Origin: Novakomyces olei
Taxonomy: Eukaryota
Reading direction: 5' to 3'
Length of the DNA: 64,000 bases
Assembly: GCA_016906335.1 (NCBI GenBank)
Contig: JADEYG010000007.1
Coordinates: forward strand, 2,294,001-2,358,000
Shown here: one piece after another, positions 35,359 to 45,548 of the stretch
Numbering within the stretch: the stretch's first letter is position 1
Layout of the letters: each line of letters starts with the position of its first letter
The notes under the pieces: model-generated
Told to the model about the DNA's origin: nothing
Databases searched by the model: none
Seen by the model: only the letters and a program-made list of their open reading frames with translations
Position numbers and translations under genes: made by a program

Positions 35359-36461
35359 TCACAACTCATAAATACGCACCAAAGCATCCGAGTATATAAA
35401 GCGTTGAGGATATGTGCGAGTGCTGCCGTCCCCAACAACGGCAATTTGACGTGGGTTCAATTTTTCACTGGCACGAGTCGCGGCTAAAAACTGTTCCAAC
35501 GTCTCCGCATTTCTCTCTGTTGCAGAAAGCAAGATTCGGCAGTTTGGTTGTAATTCACGTGCAGCCGCAAACGATCTTACCAGTTCGTCACATACAAGAG
35601 GATCGTAGGTCTGGGAGTAAGCAAAACGTACATTGAAGTTTTCAATACTTGCTCGCACAATAAAGTTTAAAGACAAATGCTTGATAAGAAAATGACAAAA
35701 ATTAATTAAAACTAACGAAATGATTCGAATTAAAATAAATAAAGCATAAAATAAAAGACGCAACATACAATATCAGCACCAATAACAAAATCAACAGCTT
35801 CAAGCGGAATATTTTCGCCCCACATGTACTCCATAACGTGCATATTTCCGCATTCATTGACGGCCGCAGTATTAATCGCTCGCTCACACGCCTCGGGGCT
35901 ACCATCTGTAGCCAGAATAGAGGCTTTAGGCAGAATTTTACTGAGAAGTGCGCTGCAAAATGCAGTTCCACAGCCAAGCTCAAGCACGTTTTTCGTGTCT
36001 GACTTCAATAGATCTTTTTGATACAAAAGAAATTCTCCAAGTGCCAAAGCCGCTGGCCATGTCTGCAGACCCGTTGTCCCGGCGGCGGAAATCAGGCCAC
36101 GCGATTCGTGTACAGTGAGGGTTAAATCTTCGTCTGTATATACGACAGGCACCAACTGCCATGCAGAATCTTTATGGTTAGGATTAGCAGCAATTGCTAG
36201 AGATACGATGACATCATATAGCGATTCGTGAACCTCTACTGCTTCACGCTCGAGGCAAGACAAAAAGCGTTTACACACGAGAGCTGTGTAGCGCAAAAGA
36301 TTGGGCGAATTTTGTGCTTGTTGCAATATTTTAATCGCTAATTCTTGCTGCTCGTACGTCCATTGCTCACAGGCGCTCGGAGGCTGAAATGTAAAATCAA
36401 AAGGAGCAATTCGTTGATAGAATTGCTTGCGAAACCATTCAGCGTTATCCATACGGCTCAT
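35359..36461 (-). CDS. EFM3: Protein-lysine N-methyltransferase EFM3/FAM86-like
   Basis: GTTGLQTWPAALAL, VLELGCGT, and GADI|TYDP across intron 35768-35611, then SATERN. Confidence 0.85.
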
Positions 36462-36667
36462 ATAATTTTGGCATCCATCTTTTCAGTATTGATATTTGAC
36501 CTTTATTTCTCCCCTATAAAGCGAGCTTTAAATGGCGTCTGAGTTTGATTATAGTTTGACTCTTATTTTCTTCCGATCACGAATGAACTGATGATCATTG
36601 ATAGCTCAATGGTCCGCCACAGGCCACAATGGTCGTAGCAGCAACAATGTAATTTTGGTTGCAGGCT

Positions 36668-36973
<306 letters not shown>

Positions 36974-37264
36974 GTAAGTACTATGCTACCTTGCTTCCTA
37001 TATAGGCAATAATTACCTTTTACCTTTTACCTTGTACAAGGACAACGCTTTGCTCCTTGTGATAAGGCCTTGTCCCTTGTCCTCAAGGGAACACCTTGTT
37101 ATCCCTTTATTCCGTTCGCCTCGTTCCTTGTTCTTTGTTTCTCACATAGTATAAATAGATGCCTCTGACCCCCTTGAGGGCAGAGTAGTTAATTCTTGAA
37201 TTGATTCTATTACTATCTATTCTTGCCCAGTCCAGCGCGCGATCACGAAGATCAACCGCTAACA

Positions 37265-37265
<1 letters not shown>

Positions 37266-37356
<91 letters not shown>

Positions 37357-37357
37357 T
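37266..37357. repeat. (ATT)n microsatellite, ~90 bp
   Basis: Directly visible. Confidence 0.97.
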
Positions 37358-37440
37358 ACGTCATAAATGCCCTCAAATTGCCAACGCCACGTATGGGCAC
37401 AATTAACAAATCAAAAATCAAATACACAAAGGTACCCAAA

Positions 37441-37704
37441 ATGAGCTCAGGAAAGCCAGAAAGTTTTGCGGATAAAGCGTCCGACGGCATCAAAGGTAAT
37501 ATTTGCTACCGATTTCATTCACTGATCCACTAAGGCGCTTTTAATGCTGTGCACGGAGCCGGTGAGGAATTACGTGGCTCGATCAACCGAGCCGTTGACA
37601 ATCTTGACAAGGATGCAACTACCACAAGTCATGATGCGACAATAGGAAAAGGTCGTGCTGAGGTTGAGCGTGCAGAGCAGCAACTGCATAATTCTGGAAA
37701 ATAG
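37441..37704 (+). CDS. Small 74-aa hydrophilic protein (hydrophilin/LEA-like), two exons
   Basis: Exons 37441-37495 and 37535-37704 (39-nt GTAATA..AAG intron containing an in-frame stop) give MSSGKPESFADKASDGIKGAFNAVHGAGEELRGSINRAVDNLDKDATTTSHDATIGKGRAEVERAEQQLHNSGK. Good start context CAAAATG. Confidence 0.72.
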
Positions 37705-38159
37705 AGAGGCTACACACTACTCAGCGTTTAATATAGGAAATAGCAAATCTGGAGCTAGACATTTCCTTATTAATGTTATTTTAAATTCACTTGATGGGCT
37801 TGCAATACGCATAGATTTGGTTGGATTTGTTAATTCCATTTCGCTTTTTAGTGCATAGAACTCGCTTCAACCGAACAGAGCCTGGAAAGGCCGAATGAAC
37901 AGAAAGGCGAATATGCAATTCGGAACCAATAAAATTTTCGGGCTCGTGCGTTCGATTGAAAGCGTCCCAGTTTAGGAAAAAAGCCCCCAAGCTCAGCCCA
38001 ATCACACAGAGCAAATTAACAAAAGGACCTCTAAGCGTTAGATTGTAGGAATAATAGCAAGAGTCAAATTGTCATTATATATATATTAACAGTCCATCGT
38101 TGTACTAATAATCGTCAGAAATGGTCGATTTGAACTTTCGCACAACGATTAGTATCGTG

Positions 38160-38243
38160 TCCCGCATAGCTCAATTGGAAGAGCGTCAGACTCTTATCTG
38201 CGGATTTATCTGAAAGTCGTGGGTTCGAGCCCCACTGTGGGAG
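38160..38243 (+). tRNA. tRNA-Lys(CTT) with 11-nt intron (38197-38207)
   Basis: Acceptor stem TCCCGCA/TGTGGGA, A-box TAGCTCAATTGG, anticodon stem TCAGA/TCTGA around CT-CTT-A, B-box GGTTCGAGCC, followed by a T-run terminator. 73 nt after splicing. Confidence 0.95.
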
Positions 38244-39123
38244 TTCTCCTTTTTGTTCTTTTATTCTTTCTCGGTATTATTCCAGCATAATATATACCAC
38301 AATATTTGTTTTATTTTTTTTCAGACCGACAATAATCGACTGACGTGAACACGTTTTACGGCAATCTATAAATGCCCTATCTGATTGAGAGCGACTGTGG
38401 TTGGTACGTAAAAATACAAGTTAAGCAACTAAAAGCCCTGATCGATTGCGTTAAACTAATTTAATTATTTTCCATGGTAATCATTATGAGCGTAATTTTC
38501 CCCTTAAACTTCCTAATCAAACTAAAAATACAAGAAACATCATCATTGGCAGTCAACGGCGCATGCAAAAAATCAAGAGAGAACAAAATAACAGGGAAAA
38601 AAAAATCGAGCATCAATCAAAATCATCCCCCCTTTGGCAGACGCCAATAAAAAAACGATGATCAACTTGCACAAGCAATATCAGCACTTTAAAGGCAGAT
38701 ACATCCCATGTGAAAATAGTCCTGCCTTTTCCCTTGTCTGGCAAAAGACCCTTTTTCAGCGCGTAAATAATGTATTACAAACATAGTTCATGAAGATAAA
38801 ACAGAATTTGGAACCTCACGGCGTGCAAGCATGACAAACCCGCCGCAAAACGACAAGAATTGCCGAGCGGCTAACGGCAAAACGGGGGGGGGGGGGGGGT
38901 CGGGCAGTAATAGGCAGTAACAAAAAAAGGATAAAAGCCATGAAAACATTACATCAACAAGACGATTTGCAAGGACTAAAACCTACAAAACAAATAGAGC
39001 GACACCAAAAAAAAAAGCAAAACAAATAAAAAATCAACAAATAAAAAGATCAACAAATAAAAGAAACAAATAAAAAGATCAACAAATAAAAGAAAACAAA
39101 TAAAAAAAACCCCCAAAAACCCC

Positions 39124-42100
39124 CTACTTCCCTCCAAGAACAGAGGGAGCGTGAGTGCTTGCGCTGGGAGACGTGGGCACACCGTCGTACCGTTTATGCC
39201 CGAGCCGGTTGGCGGCCTCAGAGACAAGAGTGGACACGGGCAGCATCAAGGCAACAGACGTCATTGTCGTATTCGACCCTGTACGCAGCCGCAGATTACG
39301 CTGATGCTCGTCCGTGATTCCAGAGCCATCGGGCAGTCGGAGCACGGGCCGCTGGTGCCGAAGCAGCTGGTGGTACCTGCCCCGCCTGATCCTGAGAATA
39401 AACCCTAAATTATGCTGCAAGAGGGAGACTACGTCATCCGGCGAAGCGAGCAGAGACCCCTCTGATCCGGCACTGTGCGGGCCGAGTCCTTCCTCCATAT
39501 CGTCACTGCTCCCACTGCCTCCGTCTGCTTTAGCCGACGATGTCTGCCTCTGCCTCTGCCTTTGCTTTAGCCGCCGATGCCGGCTGCCCTTGCGGCTAAA
39601 GAGCCGTGAAGGCAGAGCAAACAGGGCTTCCATCCAGCCAATAAGGCGGAGGATAGTGGGGATGGGCACAACGGCTCTAACCAGCCAATCAGGAGTGAGC
39701 CGGACGGCAGCTCCGATAGGCAGAGATATTACGCCAAACACGATAGAGATGGCCCAACCTTTCCCGTCGATACGGTCGACGGAGAAGGCGGCTCCTCCAA
39801 CAAACACGATGAGCACCTGTGCTCCGACCATAATGCAAAAGATGAGGATAAAGAGCCAATTGCGATATATGCCGACCAGGATATTAAGGTCCTTGTTGAT
39901 TGTACGGTTATTGAGCTCGTTGAAGATTTGCATCCATACAAAAGTGTTGAAGACGATAGAGCTCATCTCGTTTGTGCGTGGGTCATAGTGAAAGATCTGG
40001 CTGCCTCTAAAATGTAAGACGAGTGTCACTGTCAGCTGGTACGCTGCCTGAGCAAGGATCATCTTCCACATATCGAACGAGATGAGAGAAGCCGTCTTGG
40101 GCTCCGGCCGGCGGTCGAGCATGCTCTCCACTGGCGGATCTGTGGCAAGAGCAAGGGCAGCCAGAGTGTCCATGATCAGATTGACCCAGAGCAGCTGGAC
40201 GGCAGAGAGTACAGAGGACTGGTCAGCACTGGCAACGGAGGAGATAAACGTGAGCAAAACGGCTCCGACATTAACAGTCAGCTGAAACTGTAAAAACTTT
40301 TTAACTGCATCGTTAACAGCTCGACCCCACAGCAGAGCCTTTACGATAGAGGAGAAATTGTCGTCCAGCAGGATTATATCAGAGGCCTCCTTGGCCACCT
40401 CTGTGCCACTCTGGCCCATACTAAAACCAACATCTGCCCTCTTGAGCGCTGGCCCATCGTTGGTGCCATCTCCAGTAACGGCCACTACGTTTCCCAAGTC
40501 TTTAAGCGTCTGCACTAGAATCTGCTTGTCCATTGGCGAGGATCGTGCTAGAACCTGCAAACGGGGCACTGTATCCATCCTTGTGGCATTGTCAAGCGCC
40601 CGGAAATGAGGGCCGTCGAGGACTACTCCACCTGGGTCAAGGATCCCACACTGCTTGGCTATCGCCCTGGCTGTTACGGGATTGTCTCCAGTGACCATTC
40701 TCACTACGACTCCGGCCCGTTTACACGCAGCCACTGCGGAAGGCACATCCGGTCGGATCGGGTCCATGATCCCGACCAGGCCGACAAACGTCATTTCTTT
40801 AAAGGCATCCGCCCACTCTATCTCTGTGCCTGAGCCTTCCAGAAGATGAGCTCCTTTCGGTGGCCACGACTCGAAGTGCCGGCAGCTGAGCCCGAGCGTG
40901 CGCAGTGAGTTTTGAGCGTACGTGAGCATTACCCGCTTTGACAGCTGCTGCTCTTGCCCGCCAAAGGGTAGAGTGCTAGTAGTAGTAGTAGTAGTACTAG
41001 TATTAGTATTATTTTTAGTATTATTACTAGTATTACTAGTATTATTACTAGTATCATTACTAGTATCATTACTAGTATCATTACTAGTATCATTACTAGT
41101 ATCATTACTAGTATTATTACTAGTATTATTACTAGTATCATTACTAGTATCATTACTAGTATCATTACTAGTATCATTACTAGTATTACTAGTATCATTA
41201 CTAGTACTAGTAGCAGTATTATTACTAGTAGCAGTACCAGGTCCAGCTCCAGTACTAGTAGTATTACTAGTACCAGCTCCAGTACTACTACCAGTACCAG
41301 CACACATGCTGGAGCACTGCTCTAGGACCTTCTCTGGCATTCCCTTGGCGTAAAACATGTACCCGTCCCCTTCACGCACAACGATCCCCATCGCTTTACG
41401 GTCAGAGCTGAAGGGGAACAGCTGCACTATAGGGAACCGTTTCCTCATCTCCTCCACTCTGTCGAGCCCGAGGCACCGTACAGCGAAATCGAGGAGTGCG
41501 CATTCAGTCTTGGAGCCGATAAAATTGCGTTTTCCACTGCCGCCAGCGCTGCTCTCTTTTTTGTTTTTATTTTTGTTTTTGTTTTTGTTTTCGTTTTTAT
41601 TTCTATTTTTTGTACTGCCCGACTCGCTGCCCTCTGCGGCTCCCTGAGTAGAATGGATCTCGTTGGCTGTCGTGTTGAGCGCAATACTGTGCAGCAACAG
41701 CCGCCGCATATCCTCTGGCAGCCGCTGAGCCACGACCGTCTCTGCCGACTCGGCTGTGCCTATAAACCGGGCATAATCCTGTTCCTCTTGCTGTTCTTGT
41801 TCTTGTTCATGTTGCTGTTCTTGTTCATGTTGCTGCTGCTGCTGCTGCTGCTGCTGCCTGCCTCGGCCAGAGTCGGCTGCTTCAGGCCGGTCGAAAAAAA
41901 AAGCTGTTCCAAGCAGTCCAGCGACGACGGTCATATGGTTCTGTGTAAGCGTCCCCGTCTTGTCTGAGCAGACGGTAGTGGCATTGCCCATCGTCTCGCA
42001 GGCACGAAGGACGCGTACGAGGTTATTGTCCCGCTGCATCCGCTTTGTAGCAAAAGCAAGAGCCAAAGTTACAGCAAGCGGAAGTCCCTCTGGAACAGCA

Positions 42101-43755
42101 ACAACGAGCATTGTGACAGAGATAATAAGCGTCTGCATAAACTCTTGGCCCTTTTGCGAGGAAGTGCCCTCGTTGCCAGGAAGGCCAGCACAAAAGCGGA
42201 TAAAGAGAACGATAAAGAGGATAACGGAGGAGCCTCCACCGGCTTTAGCAATAATATCGGCAATACGCCCGAGCCGGAGCTGCAAGGGCGTTACTTCGCT
42301 CTCAACCCTCATCGCCATCAGTGTACGGCCGTTGAAGCTGTTGACTCCGACGGCAGTTACAAGGCACCTGCCTCCGCCCTCCAGCACTTGGCTCCCCGAG
42401 ATCATAAAGGGGTCTAGTTTACGGTTAAAGGCTTCACCAGGAGCAGTTTGCTCAAGGCAAACGGGCGCTGGCAGCTTCCGCACCTGGTCAGACTCGCCCG
42501 TCATGGCCGACTCGTCTACTTTGATGCCTCTGCCTTCCACAAGGACTCCGTCAGCAGTGAGGATATCGCCTGCGTCAAAGGACAAAATGTCTCCGACCAT
42601 TACGTCATGCACGGACACGGAGACGAGTACGCCTGACCGCTCTACTTTGACGGGGTAGTCGTCTACTTTTTTGGACAGCTGCACAAACTGCTTCTCCTTG
42701 CGCCAGTCGTTGACGGACCCGACTACGGTGACAATCAGGATGGCCACTACAATCGCCACGCCCTCGACCCATTCAACATTGGGCAGGCGCTCATGCGTGA
42801 CGGGATCAAACTCGTCCGGCTGGCCAAACGTCTCGTACAGCCCAATGGCGAGAGAGATGATGGCACAGATAGACAGGAGGATAATCACCTTGTCCTTCAT
42901 CGCGTTCCAAAACAGCTCTAGAAAGGAGGCCACGTGGCGCGGAGGCATCTTGTTTTCTCCAAACACTCGTCGACGTACACTGAACGCCGACGACTCTGAG
43001 CCCCTCAGTTTTCCAGACAGCGTTGTCGTTGTCCGCTTTATTATACCCACATGGCCAGCGTTGCTGTTGTTAGAGTTATTGTTATTGTTATTGCCAGGGT
43101 TAGGGTTAATGTCATTATCATGATCAGGGTTAGGGTTATTTCCATTTCCAATGGCAGTGTCATCGTGGTACCTTTGCCGCGGCACAGTCTCGTGCATATC
43201 GAGTCCTTCTGGAGAGGAACAGAGGCCGTCATAGAGGCTCTGTAGGCCGCCCATTGCTCTCAGCACCTCGATAGACTTTGGGTCGATGAGAGCGTGCAGT
43301 TGGCTCTTTGTAAAGGCAAACGGGTTGTCGTGCGCCTCAGCGTCGTCCGTGTGGGCGCGCGGCAGCAGCGGCTGAGACTGAGCCTCAGCGTGAGCCTCAG
43401 ACTGAGCGTGAGACTGAGCGTGAGAACTGTCTGGCCGCCCCGGCGAGTCCGGCGAGAGCAGAGCCTGAGCACTGTCCGGCCGCGTCTCGGCACTGCTCGC
43501 AAAGGACGCTCGGTGGTCAGAATAGCCGGGCACAGCGAGAAGACCTTCATGGCCGTCTCGCTCATTATGGCCGTCAGAGGCAGACGGGTCGGATAGGGCC
43601 ACGATAGAGTGTGAGCGGTCATTTAGCGGAGAGTCCGTATTGATCGAGATCAGAGGAGCGCTCTGGCGCGCCTGTGCTTCCCGCTCATCAGCGGCAGCAG
43701 AAGCGGCAGCGGCAGCAGACGAGTCGGAGCTTTTAGTCGGACACGGCTCAGCCAT
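39124..43755 (-). CDS. PMC1: Vacuolar/PMCA-type P2B Ca2+-ATPase
   Basis: DESAMTGES, AVPEGLPLAVT, CSDKTGTLT, MVTGDN, VTGDGTNDGPAL, FLQFQLTVN, LLWVNLIMDT. First ATG at 43755. Confidence 0.97.
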   Translation of the reverse strand: MAEPCPTKSSDSSAAAAASAAADEREAQARQSAPLISINTDSPLNDRSHSIVALSDPSASDGHNERDGHEGLLAVPGYSDHRASFASSAETRPDSAQALLSPDSPGRPDSSHAQSHAQSEAHAEAQSQPLLPRAHTDDAEAHDNPFAFTKSQLHALIDPKSIEVLRAMGGLQSLYDGLCSSPEGLDMHETVPRQRYHDDTAIGNGNNPNPDHDNDINPNPGNNNNNNSNNSNAGHVGIIKRTTTTLSGKLRGSESSAFSVRRRVFGENKMPPRHVASFLELFWNAMKDKVIILLSICAIISLAIGLYETFGQPDEFDPVTHERLPNVEWVEGVAIVVAILIVTVVGSVNDWRKEKQFVQLSKKVDDYPVKVERSGVLVSVSVHDVMVGDILSFDAGDILTADGVLVEGRGIKVDESAMTGESDQVRKLPAPVCLEQTAPGEAFNRKLDPFMISGSQVLEGGGRCLVTAVGVNSFNGRTLMAMRVESEVTPLQLRLGRIADIIAKAGGGSSVILFIVLFIRFCAGLPGNEGTSSQKGQEFMQTLIISVTMLVVAVPEGLPLAVTLALAFATKRMQRDNNLVRVLRACETMGNATTVCSDKTGTLTQNHMTVVAGLLGTAFFFDRPEAADSGRGRQQQQQQQQQHEQEQQHEQEQEQQEEQDYARFIGTAESAETVVAQRLPEDMRRLLLHSIALNTTANEIHSTQGAAEGSESGSTKNRNKNENKNKNKNKNKKESSAGGSGKRNFIGSKTECALLDFAVRCLGLDRVEEMRKRFPIVQLFPFSSDRKAMGIVVREGDGYMFYAKGMPEKVLEQCSSMCAGTGSSTGAGTSNTTSTGAGPGTATSNNTATSTSNDTSNTSNDTSNDTSNDTSNDTSNNTSNNTSNDTSNDTSNDTSNDTSNDTSNNTSNTSNNTKNNTNTSTTTTTTSTLPFGGQEQQLSKRVMLTYAQNSLRTLGLSCRHFESWPPKGAHLLEGSGTEIEWADAFKEMTFVGLVGIMDPIRPDVPSAVAACKRAGVVVRMVTGDNPVTARAIAKQCGILDPGGVVLDGPHFRALDNATRMDTVPRLQVLARSSPMDKQILVQTLKDLGNVVAVTGDGTNDGPALKRADVGFSMGQSGTEVAKEASDIILLDDNFSSIVKALLWGRAVNDAVKKFLQFQLTVNVGAVLLTFISSVASADQSSVLSAVQLLWVNLIMDTLAALALATDPPVESMLDRRPEPKTASLISFDMWKMILAQAAYQLTVTLVLHFRGSQIFHYDPRTNEMSSIVFNTFVWMQIFNELNNRTINKDLNILVGIYRNWLFILIFCIMVGAQVLIVFVGGAAFSVDRIDGKGWAISIVFGVISLPIGAAVRLTPDWLVRAVVPIPTILRLIGWMEALFALPSRLFSRKGSRHRRLKQRQRQRQTSSAKADGGSGSSDDMEEGLGPHSAGSEGSLLASPDDVVSLLQHNLGFILRIRRGRYHQLLRHQRPVLRLPDGSGITDEHQRNLRLRTGSNTTMTSVALMLPVSTLVSEAANRLGHKRYDGVPTSPSASTHAPSVLGGK
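40976..41300 (-). repeat. In-frame 12-bp coding repeat (S-N-D/N-T)n inside PMC1
   Basis: ACTAGTATCATT units; the reading frame stays open. Confidence 0.9.
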
Positions 43756-45548
43756 GCATAGGAGACTCGCAGGAGACTCGGTGGTCAGGTTAAAGCAGTA
43801 CAGGGAACGGTGCTTTTGTCTCCGAATAAATAGATAGACAGATAAATAGACTGCTCTAAGCACAGCGGGTTACTTGCACGATCAGACTCGAGGCATTCTG
43901 CCGCTAATAGTGCTCGAGACGTTGTTGTATTGGGTTCAGGACTGACTCGACTGCGTTCGACAGTTGTCTAGTTTTGTGTCTGTTTGTGACTAGTGCAGCG
44001 ATTTAGTGCAGCGATTAATGTTTTATTAGTGTTTTATGTCGAGTATATATAGTTTCAGAGGCGGCAAGTGTCAGAGTGGTGCAGTGGTGGTATAGTGGTA
44101 TAGTTATAGTGTCAGAGTGGTATAGTTATAATGTTATAGTGATTTAATGTTATAGTGATATAATGTTATAGCGTTAGAGTGTAGTGGATTAGTATAGTGT
44201 CAGTGGTACAGTTACATAGTGTCTGGGATATAGTGTCAGTCTTATAGTGTCGGTGTATAGTATTCAGATTGGTATAGTACAGAGCTATATTGTTTAATTA
44301 CAGTATCGCCTTCAAGATTGCTCCGACAACGCCGAAACCAGAGTCACAAGTGTACGCTGCGCACTGCCATGAAATGCCCATAGCACTCGCTTCCCAATGC
44401 GCTTACGTGTTTAACGTGTAATTATTATGCATCTAATGTGTAACCTTCCTGCCCAGTCCGGCGACTGCCCAAGTGGCTGGTTTGACACACACGTGTAAAC
44501 GGACGCTGTCTCGCTAACCCACAATTTGCCTCTATTTTCGGGCTATTTCGTTGGTGCGCTTACAAATTATTGTGGCTTTGCGCTTTCGCTTTAATTACAG
44601 CGTGATTATTATTACACCTCCGTGTTTGTCGCGCACTGCGTAACCCCGTTCCGCGACGTCATTGGCAGCGCTCGCACTGCTTACATTACTTGAACGCCAA
44701 CAGAACAGGAGTAGGAGCAGTGTTGTGCACTACAAAGTAGGATTTGCACTATATAAAGTATGTATATGTACACTTCAAAGTAGGATTGTATACAGTAATC
44801 GTCCTGTCTATTCGCCTATATGTAAGCGCTGTGCATTCGCCTTGTAAGCGTCCAAGTATTGTCTATGTATTGTCTATGTATTTTCAATGTATTTTCAATG
44901 TATTTTATGTATTCGCCCATGTACTCGCCTGTGTAAGCGTCTATGTGTAAAATGTGCCTATTAAAAGCGCATGTGAATCAAGATCCGCGTCTCTGCCGTG
45001 GCTTAACGTCCGGCATTTTCAAGTAGTACGTATAGCCCGCATTACGCTAGACCAGGCTCAATTTCATGCTAAGCCACGAACAAGGTCTAGATGTAAGGCT
45101 GAGGCGGAGGCTGCAGGGACTCGCGGTTAAGCCAAGACTTTGCATAAAAGTTTATATTCTAAAACCAATGTGGCTGCTTTTCCACTGCGGCAGGTTGGCC
45201 GCTGGGCTTCGCGTTTGCCGTGCTGTATATACTGTTTGCAGGACCTTGCATATGAATTTATACATATGAATTTATACATATGAGTTTATACATATGAATT
45301 TGTGTGCGCACCGGGCCAATATATTTATGTAATTTCGGTCTAAACATTTCATTATGCCGTTCTACCAGCAATGCTACAAGCAATACTACCAGCAATGCTA
45401 CAAGCACTTCGACAGTTACAGGCACGGGGCCCGTGACAAAGTAGATACGTAGCGCCAAACTATAGTTAGAGGTCACATGCTGCCTATACTGCACTGGACA
45501 ATTACTCTAAAGAAAACAGATAAATTGCCATTATACTACACATAAAGC

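Noticed and set aside
38884-38899. Poly-G run downstream of PMC1
   Set aside because: Isolated homopolymer with no supporting context.
43095-43140. TTAGGG telomere-like hexamers
   Set aside because: Only a few copies, encoding Asn-Pro repeats within PMC1.
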